From: Longimicrobiales bacterium
GTDB lineage: Bacteria > Gemmatimonadota > Gemmatimonadetes > Longimicrobiales > RSA9
Assembly: GCA_036381195.1 (NCBI GenBank)
Contig: DASVDH010000062.1
Span: 5,622 to 69,621 of the forward strand
DNA: 64,000 nt
Direction: 5' to 3'
The notes below the pieces were generated by a model, which was not told where the DNA came from, searched no databases, and saw only the letters and a list, made by a program, of their open reading frames with translations. This document shows, in pieces, positions 18,288-27,226 of the stretch (the stretch's first letter is position 1; every line of letters begins with the position of its first letter). Made by a program: the position numbers and the translations under genes.

Positions 18288-19532
18288 TCAGGTCCCCTGC
18301 AGGTTGGGGTTGGAGAGCTGCTCGTTCAGGCTGATCGGGATGCATTTGTCCCGGTTCGTCAGGAACGGGTGGTGCGCCGGGCCCGTCTCCGCGTTCCAGC
18401 GCCGCAGGTCCCAGAGGCGCCGGGCCTCGAGCCAGACCACCGCGCCGCGCTCCCTGTGCAGCGTCGCCCACGCCTCCTCGAGGGTCGTGGGCGGGGTGAG
18501 AGGCGGCAACTCGTAGAACGCGCGCATCTCGTTGATCTTGCCGAACGCGCCGGGGATGTCTTCCTGGCGCAGCAGCGCCTCCGCCTCCAGCACGCGCATC
18601 TCCGTCCCTTTCACCAGCGGGACGTCCGCGTCGAAGCTCGGGTACTTGCGCTGGCGGAAGTGCGGCGTGCGGCCGTCCTGTCCGGTCCGCACCCCCTGCC
18701 CGCTCTCGTCGTACATCGTGTCCCAGGGCACGCGCGGATCACCGAACACTTCGGCCCACGGCGTGCCGTAGACCGTGATCTCGAAGCGGACATGCGTCTC
18801 CTGGTACATGTAGTTCCGCTCGCGCCCCGAGTTGCTGGAGTAGAACGCGACCGTCACGTGATTCGTCGGCACCTGCTGCGCGTCAGCGACGGCCTCGTCC
18901 CACCGGCCGAGCCACGCCCGGACCGACGCCCGGCCCGCGAGCGCCGCCAGCCGCACGTCATCGTTGCCCTGGGCCGTCGCCAACCGGATCGCCTCGCTGA
19001 AATAGTGCTCAGCGCGCTCGAAGTGCACGGTGTGCGGCTGCTCCGGCCCGCCGTCAATCACCGCGCTGCACACGTTCTCGCCCAGCGTGCGGTTCGCGAT
19101 GCCCGCCAGGAAGTTCGCGCGCGGCGCGAGGGGGTGCGCCTCGAACCCCTCTTCCCCGAGCACGCGCCGCATGCGCTCGATCCCGTTCTCGGCGGTCCAG
19201 CGCGCCGTGTGCATGGCGGCCCACAGGCCGTTGACCTCATCGGGCCTGATGATCCCTCGATAGAACAGCCCCTCGGGCGTGTAGCTGCCGCCATGGGCCA
19301 GCTCGTCGGCCATGATCGAGGTGTCGAAGATCAGGTCGTCCAGTGCATCGGAGAGGTCCGATGACATTCCCGTCACGATCCCCGGCACCGCCTCCGGCTT
19401 GTTGAGGTCCTCGTCCGCGATCGGGCCGGGATTGGTCACCTCGACGAGCTCGCACGCCACGAGGGCCGCGCAGAGCCAGCAGAGGCCGGCGAGTGCGCTC
19501 GCGGGCCGGACCGTTCTCGTCGTGATCATCAT
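18288..19532 (-). CDS. RagB/SusD-family outer-membrane lipoprotein
   Basis: Lipobox LVAC, VTNPG, TPR-like helices, EMRVLEAEA and ERGAVVWLEARRLWDLRRW, C-terminal PISLNEQLSNPNL. Lies directly downstream of SusC. Confidence 0.88.
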   Translation of the reverse strand: MMITTRTVRPASALAGLCWLCAALVACELVEVTNPGPIADEDLNKPEAVPGIVTGMSSDLSDALDDLIFDTSIMADELAHGGSYTPEGLFYRGIIRPDEVNGLWAAMHTARWTAENGIERMRRVLGEEGFEAHPLAPRANFLAGIANRTLGENVCSAVIDGGPEQPHTVHFERAEHYFSEAIRLATAQGNDDVRLAALAGRASVRAWLGRWDEAVADAQQVPTNHVTVAFYSSNSGRERNYMYQETHVRFEITVYGTPWAEVFGDPRVPWDTMYDESGQGVRTGQDGRTPHFRQRKYPSFDADVPLVKGTEMRVLEAEALLRQEDIPGAFGKINEMRAFYELPPLTPPTTLEEAWATLHRERGAVVWLEARRLWDLRRWNAETGPAHHPFLTNRDKCIPISLNEQLSNPNLQGT

Positions 19533-19549
19533 ACCGTACCTCCCGCTCC

Positions 19550-22501
19550 TCAGAAGGTGAACCGGAGTGAGGCCAGGAAGGTCCGCATCGGTGGGAGCTG
19601 GTAGTACTCCCGCCGCGCCAGCCCGTTGAGGCCCGAATCACCCAGGTCGGAGACCTCGGGGTCGATCCCGGTGTAATCCGTGATCTTGAACAGGTTGCGC
19701 CCCGCCAGCGTCAGGGTCGCCGTGCGGCCGCCGGTCCACTCCGACGGCAGCCGATAGCTGAGCGTGACCGTGCGCAGCTTGAAGAAGTCCGCCTTCTCGA
19801 TAAAGAAATCCGCGTTCTGGTCGGGCCGGTTGATGGCGCAGCGTGCCCGCTCGAGCGCGGTCACCTTCGCGAGCGCGGACGGATCTCCATTCTCCGCGGC
19901 CCGCAGCGCCTTCTGCGCCTCGTAGCAGGGGTACCAGACGAACCGGTTCGCGTTCTGGTAGCCCGTCCAGTTCTGCAGGTAATGCCCGCCCTGATGCTCT
20001 CCCAGCACGTCCAGCGTGATGCGGTTGAAGAGCGTCAACGTGGTCCCGACCGCGATCGTCCGGGTCGGGTAGATCGGGCCGATGAACGTGTCGGTCGGCG
20101 TCAGTACGGGGTCGGCGAATTCGTTCGGGTTCAGGACCTTCACCCCGTAGATGGCCGGCACCGGCCGGCCCTCCTTGGCCCACGACCCCAGGCCGATCGA
20201 AACGTCCTCGCCGCCCAGGTCGATGGCCTTCGTCTCGTTGGTCGAGAGACTCAGCCGCACGCGCCAGTCCACTGTCGGTGTGACGATCAGGCCGCCGTCG
20301 AGCTGCAGCTCGATGCCCTTGTTCTCGAGCTCTCCGATGTTCTCGAGCTGGCGGTTCGCGAATCCCTGCGAGGGCGGGTAGCGCACCTGGACCAGCGCGT
20401 CGAGCGTGCGCTGGTGGTAGAACGTGAACTCCGCGCCGAGCCGGCCCTGGAACGCGCTCGACTCGAAGCCCACCTCGATCTCCCGCGTGCGCTCGGGGCC
20501 GAGGTCGGGGTTGCCGATCTGGTCCGGCGTGAAGCCCGGGTTCCCCTCGTCACCCGCGACGGGCTCCCACGTCCGCGACGCATCGAACGCGCCCGGCGCC
20601 TTGCCCGCCTCGCCGACCGCGGCGCGCAGCTTGAACGTCTCCCACTGCTCGGACGGCCAGAAGGCGAGGTCGCTCAGGACGTAGGACGCGCTGATCTTCG
20701 GGTAGACCTGCAGGCCGAAGCTCTCGCCGAACGCGCTGTTCCCGTCGACGCGCACGCCGGCCGTGATGAAGAGCCGGTCGTTCCAGCCCATGACCTGCTG
20801 CGCGAAGAAGCCCGCGTTCACCACGCGGAGCCGCTGATCGAACGTGACGTCCCGCAACGACCCCGACGTCACCGTGGGGTTGCCGGGCCCCGAAAAGTTC
20901 TGTCCCTGGAAATTGGTCTGCCGGTTCCGGTCCTCGAAGAGCTGGCCGCCCCACGAGAACGTGGACGCGGCGCCCAACAGCTCGTGGCGGAACGACCCCA
21001 CGTAGTCCAGGGACAGCGTCGTGTGATTCCAGGCCTGGGTCAGCATCTGCCCCAGCGGCTGGCGGGAGAACCCGAAGGGCAGGTGCGTGAGATTGTCCGC
21101 GGCGTTGTAATCGTACCCGACGGTGAACCGGTGCGACCAGCGCTCGTTCGGCTCCCAGCGGATCGTGAGCCCGCTCACGAAATGGTCGTTGTTGTTGAAG
21201 AGCTCCTGCTCGAGGATCTCGCCGTTCGCCAGGCACACGATGCTGTCATCCTCGCACAGCTCCGCGTTCTTGAAGTTGTTGTTCCTGCCGCGCATCACGT
21301 TCAGCGTGAAGCCATTGGCCAGGTTGCCGTCCGGCAGCCATCGGATCTTGCGTCTGGTGTAGGCGGTGTTGACCGCGAGCTCGAGCGTGTTCGACGGGCG
21401 GAAGGAGAAATTGCCGCGAAAACCGCCATCCCGGGAGAAGTTGTCCTCGATCACGCCCTGCTCGTCGTTGTACGAGCCGGAGAGGTAGTACGTCAGCGCC
21501 TGACTCCCGCCGCGCACGGACACGCTGTAGCGCTGCACCATCCCCTTGCGCAGCCAGGTCCCACTCGGCGGGCACGTCGGGTCCTCCCACCGGATCCCGT
21601 CGGACGAGACCAGCTCGGGTCCGCGGCACTTCTTCAGGAACAGCCCCGTGGGGTCGCCCTCCGGCCCGACCTGGCCGAGATCGTTGTAGCCCGCGCTCAC
21701 CTCGGCCGACCAGACGGGCGCGCCCGCCGTGCCCCGCTTCGTGAAGATCTGGATCACGCCGCCGGACGCCTCGGTGCCGTAGAGCGTCGTCGCCGCCGCG
21801 CCCTTCACGATCTCGATCCGCTCGATGTCCTCGGGGTTGATGTCGTTGATCGGCAGGGTGCCCTGCCGGGCGGAGCCCGGCGCCGGCGCGACACGGCTGT
21901 AGAGCCGCACCCCGTCCACGTAGACCAGCGGCTCGTTGCCCATCGCGATACTGTTGTTCCCGCGCAGCCGGATCGCGCCGCCCGACCCCGGCTGGCCCGA
22001 GTTGGCCAGCACCGTGACGCCCGTTGCCCGGGCATTGACGATGTCCTGCATGCTGCGAACCGGCGCCAGCTCGATCTCGGTCGATGCGATGCTCGACAGG
22101 CTGTTGCCGACCTCCCGCTTGCGCGCCTGCCCGGCAGTGCCCGTCACCACGATCTGGTCCAGCGGGACCGCGGACTCCTGCAGCTCGAAATCCACCACCA
22201 CCGACCCCTCCGCGGGCACGGTCGCCGTCTGCTCGAGCACCTCGTATCCGATGAACTCCACGCGCAGGCGATGCACCCCGGCGGGGACGTTGCGCAGGAG
22301 GTACCGGCCATCCGCGTTGGTCACCGCACCGAGGTTCGTTCCGGGGATGATCACCGAGGCGCCGGCCACCGGCCTCTGCGTGCCCGCGGCGCGTACCTGG
22401 CCGGTCACCGTCCCCTGGGCCGCGGCGGGCACCGCCGCAGCGGCGAGCAGGGCGGGGGGGATCAGCGATCGCAGGCAGAGGTTCCGCATTGCTCGTGTCA
22501 T
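19550..22501 (-). CDS. SusC/RagA-family TonB-linked outer-membrane transporter
   Basis: Motifs LDQIVVTG, PLVYVDGV, DINPEDIERIEIVKGAAATTLYG, GNPDLGPERTRE, YTGIDPEV and terminal F. RBS GGAGG before ATG 22501. Confidence 0.95.
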   Translation of the reverse strand: MTRAMRNLCLRSLIPPALLAAAAVPAAAQGTVTGQVRAAGTQRPVAGASVIIPGTNLGAVTNADGRYLLRNVPAGVHRLRVEFIGYEVLEQTATVPAEGSVVVDFELQESAVPLDQIVVTGTAGQARKREVGNSLSSIASTEIELAPVRSMQDIVNARATGVTVLANSGQPGSGGAIRLRGNNSIAMGNEPLVYVDGVRLYSRVAPAPGSARQGTLPINDINPEDIERIEIVKGAAATTLYGTEASGGVIQIFTKRGTAGAPVWSAEVSAGYNDLGQVGPEGDPTGLFLKKCRGPELVSSDGIRWEDPTCPPSGTWLRKGMVQRYSVSVRGGSQALTYYLSGSYNDEQGVIEDNFSRDGGFRGNFSFRPSNTLELAVNTAYTRRKIRWLPDGNLANGFTLNVMRGRNNNFKNAELCEDDSIVCLANGEILEQELFNNNDHFVSGLTIRWEPNERWSHRFTVGYDYNAADNLTHLPFGFSRQPLGQMLTQAWNHTTLSLDYVGSFRHELLGAASTFSWGGQLFEDRNRQTNFQGQNFSGPGNPTVTSGSLRDVTFDQRLRVVNAGFFAQQVMGWNDRLFITAGVRVDGNSAFGESFGLQVYPKISASYVLSDLAFWPSEQWETFKLRAAVGEAGKAPGAFDASRTWEPVAGDEGNPGFTPDQIGNPDLGPERTREIEVGFESSAFQGRLGAEFTFYHQRTLDALVQVRYPPSQGFANRQLENIGELENKGIELQLDGGLIVTPTVDWRVRLSLSTNETKAIDLGGEDVSIGLGSWAKEGRPVPAIYGVKVLNPNEFADPVLTPTDTFIGPIYPTRTIAVGTTLTLFNRITLDVLGEHQGGHYLQNWTGYQNANRFVWYPCYEAQKALRAAENGDPSALAKVTALERARCAINRPDQNADFFIEKADFFKLRTVTLSYRLPSEWTGGRTATLTLAGRNLFKITDYTGIDPEVSDLGDSGLNGLARREYYQLPPMRTFLASLRFTF

Positions 22502-22710
22502 ACCGACCTCCGAAGGTGGGCGAGAGGAAGCCGCAGCCAGCGGCGCAGGCCGGCCAGCCGCCCCTTCAGCAGGGGGCAGCCGGCAGGACCGAGACGTGAC
22601 AGGCCGGGCCGCGCGCTCGAGGCGCACGGGCCGGCCGGCGATCGTCACCCTCGAGTGTCACCCGAGCCCCGGGCGGGGAGCCCGCCCCGGTTCATTTCTG
22701 CGTACTCTCC

Positions 22711-22740
22711 AGTATCCGGACCTGGGAGCAGGCGTGTCAA
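22711..22740 (-). promoter_or_regulatory. Putative sigma70 promoter TTGACA-N18-GATACT for susCD
   Basis: tgtcaa at 22735-22740 and agtatc at 22711-22716, implying a leader of about 200 nt. Confidence 0.55.
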
Positions 22741-22950
22741 GAGCAATACGAAGACCCGGCCGCGATGCGGCCGGGTCACCACCCGATGGAGGGACGGCGG
22801 CCCGGGCGAGCCCGAGCCGGTCGGTGGGCCGCGCATCCCGGGGCTCGCGGACCCTTGGCCTGGCCGGACGAGGGGGCGGAGGGCCCGCGCGGCGGCGGCC
22901 CTGCGGCCACCGCGGCGCCGCGGCTCACCCCTGCCCTGCCCGCGCCGGCC

Positions 22951-23589
22951 TCACCCCGGCCCGTTCGCCCTCGCCGCCAGATTCTTGTATACGACCCGCC
23001 AGCCCGTATACGGCTCCCGCCGCAGGAGCAGGTCCCACAGCTCCCGCAGGATCTGCCCGCCCGCGCCACGGCCGTCCTGGTACAGGATCACGCGGACGGG
23101 CAGGACGTCTTTCTGCAGCGGCCGCTCCGGCACCATGAACTGGAAGATCATGCCGTCGCCGGGGATCGTGCACGTCTCCGGCCGGGAGCGGTCCTTGCAC
23201 CGGATCGCCTCCTCCGGGTAGGCGATCGTCGCATCGAACCGCTCCCTCACCTTCTCCAGCGTCGCGACCGTGTGGCGCGGCCGGCCCCGGAAGCCGGCGC
23301 GCATCATGGCTTCGGTGAGCAGGAGCCCGGGCGACACGTAGATCCGGCGGCCCGGCTGCGCGAAGGCCTCCACCACGGCCTCGACCATGGTGTTCTCCGG
23401 ACCCTGGGCCCTCGCGGCCCGGGCCGGGAGGGCGGCGAGCGCCGCAGCGCCCAGCACGATGATCGCGGCCCGCCGCCGGGCCCGCCCCGCGCACCCTGCG
23501 CGCCCAGCCCCGCACCCCGGTGGGCGAGGCGGGCCGTGGGGCGGGCGGACGGCCTGTGGCTGGCGGCCTGAGGGGAGCTCTCTGGACAT
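22951..23589 (-). CDS. Hypothetical exported protein
   Basis: Signal-like AAIIVLGAAALAALPARAARA followed by a globular region with a Cys pair (CKDRSRPETC). The start is uncertain. Confidence 0.6.
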   Translation of the reverse strand: MSRELPSGRQPQAVRPPHGPPRPPGCGAGRAGCAGRARRRAAIIVLGAAALAALPARAARAQGPENTMVEAVVEAFAQPGRRIYVSPGLLLTEAMMRAGFRGRPRHTVATLEKVRERFDATIAYPEEAIRCKDRSRPETCTIPGDGMIFQFMVPERPLQKDVLPVRVILYQDGRGAGGQILRELWDLLLRREPYTGWRVVYKNLAARANGPG

Positions 23590-23637
23590 CGGGCACTCGC
23601 TTCGTCGCGGGGAACGGGCGGCCCCGGGGGGCGCGGT

Positions 23638-25326
23638 CTACGGCGACGCCGGCAGCGCGCCGGCGCCGCGCGTCCGCATGGGCACGTTTCGCATGATCTT
23701 GCGCACCGGCACGGGCTCGCCCGGCTGGAGCCATGCGTCAAAGAAATTCCAGTCGAACAACCCGTCGTCGCTCTCCGGCTCGAGCAGGTAGGCCGCCAGC
23801 CGGCCCAGCGGCTGCGCGAGCCGCACGACCAGCGAGCCCGCCGGCAGCGTCGTCCGGGTGCTCGCGTACGCGCCCTCCATCCGCAGCTCGCGATGTCCCT
23901 GGAAGGCGCGTGACGCCTTGGTGAGCGACGACGGCGTGAAGGTCACCACCTCGGCCTCGAGCGGCTCCGCGAGCTCCTCGACCACGATCCCGTGCTGCCG
24001 CAGCTTCTCCGCGATCGGCGCCTGCCACGGGCCGGGCGGCAACACGTACACCCGTGCCATCGGCACGCTCCGCGTCGGCTCGAACACCCCGTAGTCCAGC
24101 ATCGGGACGGCCCTGATGCTGTCCTGGATCATCACGCGCATCTCACGGCCGTTGCGCGGATTCACCTCGTGGCGGACAGCGCCGACCAGGATCGGCACCG
24201 GCTCCGGCAACGGCCGGATCTCGTACTCCACGCCGATCGGCATCTCACCCTCGCCCTGCGCCGCCTCCACGAATTCCCGGTCCAGACGCGCCGTCAGCTC
24301 CATGATCTCGCTGCCGTGCGCGTCAGCGTAGCGCAGGATCTCCTCGACGAACGCCTCCGTCACCGCGACCCGGTCGCGGAAATGCAGGTAGCTGTACGCC
24401 TCTGACAGGATGGTGAGCCGGTTACGGAAGCCCACGTAGTTCTGTCCCGCGCGGGGCCGGTGGTCGAACCCGACCCACGCGCGCACCGCCGGCTGCCCCG
24501 GCGCCGGCGCGCGCTCCTCGAAGTTGCCGTAGTAGTACGAGCGGAAGCCGTGCTTCTCGAGCAAGGCCCGCTCGATCTCCGGCATCATCCGGCGGCGGTG
24601 ATAGTCCAGCAGCTCCGCGGGCAGTGTCAGGTTCAGGGGGATGGAGTAGGTGAGGTGGTACCCGTGATACGAGCCGTTGGTCGTGTGCAGGTCCACGACG
24701 AGGTGCGGGTCCCACTCCGTGTACGCCCGCACCAGCGCCCGCGCCTCTGCGGACTCGAGCTTCATGTAGTCGCGGTTCAGGTCCAGCCCGTTCGTGTTCC
24801 CCCGCGTCCCGACGCCCGCGATCGGGCCGTACTGCGCCGTGCGGTTCATCACGTCGATCGCCTCGTTGCCGTCCACGTTGTAGATCGGCACGATCAACAC
24901 GACGAGGCGATCCAGCAGCGGCCGCAGGTCCCCCAACGCGAGCCGCCGCATCAGCATCTGCACCGCCTCCTTCCCCTCCACCTCGCCGCCGTGGATGTTC
25001 GCCTGCACGAAGACCACCGGCCGGCGGAGCGCCCGCGCGTCCGCCGGCGTCGCCACCGCGGGGTTCGACAGCGTCACCAGCAGCAGCGGCCGGCCCTGCT
25101 CCGAGACGCCGAACGTGTCCACCCGCACCAGCTCCGAGCGCGCAGACAGCGCGGCGAGGAACCGCTGGACGTCCTCGAGCCGGCTCGTCTCCACATAGCC
25201 CGTGCGTTCCGCGCGCGTGGTCAGCGCGGGATCGTCCTGCTGCGCCGCGAGCGGAGCCGGCGCCGCCAGCGCGAGCGCCAGGATCGCCGGCCCCGTCGCC
25301 CTCCAGTACCACCTCATCGTGTTCAC
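23638..25326 (-). CDS. M14-family zinc carboxypeptidase, secreted
   Basis: Motifs ANIHGGEVEG (HxxE), DLNRD and VDLHTTNG, plus a signal peptide. Confidence 0.92.
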   Translation of the reverse strand: MNTMRWYWRATGPAILALALAAPAPLAAQQDDPALTTRAERTGYVETSRLEDVQRFLAALSARSELVRVDTFGVSEQGRPLLLVTLSNPAVATPADARALRRPVVFVQANIHGGEVEGKEAVQMLMRRLALGDLRPLLDRLVVLIVPIYNVDGNEAIDVMNRTAQYGPIAGVGTRGNTNGLDLNRDYMKLESAEARALVRAYTEWDPHLVVDLHTTNGSYHGYHLTYSIPLNLTLPAELLDYHRRRMMPEIERALLEKHGFRSYYYGNFEERAPAPGQPAVRAWVGFDHRPRAGQNYVGFRNRLTILSEAYSYLHFRDRVAVTEAFVEEILRYADAHGSEIMELTARLDREFVEAAQGEGEMPIGVEYEIRPLPEPVPILVGAVRHEVNPRNGREMRVMIQDSIRAVPMLDYGVFEPTRSVPMARVYVLPPGPWQAPIAEKLRQHGIVVEELAEPLEAEVVTFTPSSLTKASRAFQGHRELRMEGAYASTRTTLPAGSLVVRLAQPLGRLAAYLLEPESDDGLFDWNFFDAWLQPGEPVPVRKIMRNVPMRTRGAGALPASP

Positions 25327-25380
25327 TCTCTCACGTTCGATGATGGTCGCCGCCGGTGTCCGCCGCCGCCCCGTCGCAGC

Positions 25381-25896
25381 TCACTGCTCTGCGGAGAAGG
25401 TGATCGGCATCCACACCCAGACCGCCACGGGCTCGCCGTCACGGTTCAGCGCCGGCTCGAATCGCATCGCCAGGCCGATCTGCACGGCGATGGAATCCAG
25501 CATCTCGATCCCGGTGCTCTCCACCAGCCGTATCTTGCTGGGGATGCCGTTCTCGGGAACGAACGCGCAGACCGCCGCCGCCGCGCGCCTCGACCGCTCA
25601 CCGTACGGCAGGTAGCGTACGCGCGCCATCTCCGCGACGAACTCCCGGTTGGTGAGGGTCGGCGGCTTCGCGGCGCGCCCATCCTCGGCGCTGTCCGGCT
25701 GCGCCTCCGGGGCCGCGGGCGCGCCCCCCGCGGCCTCTCTCTCCGCCGACGCGAGGTCGCACCGGATTCGCGGCCCGCTGAAAAAGCCGGCGTGTCCCGC
25801 ACACGCGCCCGTGACGAGCGACACCATACCCAGGACCAGCCCGGCCAGGATGGGTCGCTTCCGTCGCGCGCCGCGCCGCGCGCATCGCCGCTTCAC
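25381..25896 (-). CDS. TonB C-terminal-domain protein (energy transducer TonB family)
   Basis: One TM/signal helix, then ESTGIEMLDSIAV...RFEPALNRDGEPVAVWVWMPITF. Confidence 0.75.
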   Translation of the reverse strand: MKRRCARRGARRKRPILAGLVLGMVSLVTGACAGHAGFFSGPRIRCDLASAEREAAGGAPAAPEAQPDSAEDGRAAKPPTLTNREFVAEMARVRYLPYGERSRRAAAAVCAFVPENGIPSKIRLVESTGIEMLDSIAVQIGLAMRFEPALNRDGEPVAVWVWMPITFSAEQ

Positions 25897-26061
25897 GGTT
25901 CCCTCCCCCGCTCAGACGACTCCGGCACTCGACGGGTCCCGACACGCGAGGCCAGGCGCCGGGTCCTACCCCGGCCCTCTCCTTCGGCGCTCCGCAAGAT
26001 ACGGCGCGCCACGGGCCTGGGCCACCTCTCCGCCCCGCTCCGCCTCCGCGCCGCGGCGGGC

Positions 26062-27132
26062 TTGCTGCCGGCGGAGCTGCCGCCGGTGGAAGGGGCGGTG
26101 CTGGATCCGCGGGTGCTCGCGTTCGCCATCGCGACCACGGTGCTGGCCGGCCTGGCGTTCGGCGCCGTGCCCGCCCTGGCCGGCGCGCGGGTGGAGCTGA
26201 CGGACGCGCTGAAGGAGGGTGCTCGCGGCGGCACTGCGAGCCGGCGCACGGTCCGCGGCGGCCACGTGCTGGTCGCGGCGGAGGTGGCGCTCGCGCTCGT
26301 GCTGGTGCTCGGTGCGGGCCTGCTCACCCGCAGCTTCATCGCGTTGCGCGAGGTGGATCCCGGCTTCCGCAGCGAGGGCCGGGTCTCGGACCGCATCTCG
26401 CTGCCGCTCGCGAAGTACGGCGCCCCCGAGAAGACGTGGGCGTTCTACGACGGCCTCCTCGAGCGGCTCGCGACCTCGCCGGGCATCCGCGCTGTCGGCG
26501 TCGCACGCACGCTGCCGCTGACCGGGACCAGCCACACCTCGGACTTCGTCGTCGAGGGCTGGGCGCCCGGCGAGTTCGGCGCCGAGGTCAGCCACCAGGC
26601 GGTGTCGCCCTCCTACTTCGAGGCGCTGGGCATCCCGCTGTTGCGTGGCCGGCCGCTGCAAGCGACCGACAGGGCGGGCGCGGAGCCGGTCCTCCTGATC
26701 AACGAGGAGCTGGCGCGGCGCTATTTCCCGGACGAGGACCCGATCGGCAAGCGGATCGCGTTCGACCGGCGGCCGGGCGCGGGCACGACGTGGTGGCGCG
26801 TGGTGGGCGTCGTCGGGAACACGCGGCAGCGTGGGATCGCAACCGCGCCGCAGAACGAGGTCTACACGACGTACTGGCAGGGCCCCGCGTGGGCGCTCGT
26901 GGTGGTCGTGCACGGCACGCGGCCGGAGCGCGAGCTGATCCGCACGTTGCACAGCGCCGTCGCCGCCCTGGACGCGGACATCCCGCTGGCCAGCGTCCGG
27001 CCGCTCGGGCAGATCTACGCCGCGTTCCTCGTCGTGCCGCTCGTCCTCGCCGCGACCGCCGTCCTGGCCTCGTGGCTGCCCGCACGGAGCGCGATGCGCG
27101 CGGACCCCGTCGCGGCGCTGCGGGCGGAGTAG
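26062..27132 (+). pseudogene. Truncated, internally deleted ADOP/MacB-type ABC permease
   Basis: LDPRVLAF...ALKEGARG...LVAAEVALALVLVLGAGLLTRSF..VDPGF, periplasmic domain and terminal ADPVAALRAE. The N-terminal half is absent and the final FtsX TM block appears deleted near 27020. Confidence 0.7.
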
Positions 27133-27226
27133 GGTTGCGCGGGCGGCCTGGGCTTCCCGGCCCGCGCCAGGCCCACACGAAGCCGCGGAGGCCCGGAGCC
27201 CGGAGCCCGGATCCGCCTGCCCGGCG

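Noticed and set aside
22502..22705. TPP or cobalamin riboswitch upstream of susC
   Set aside because: I could not find the hallmark conserved segments (CUGAGA; GGGAA/GCCACUG).
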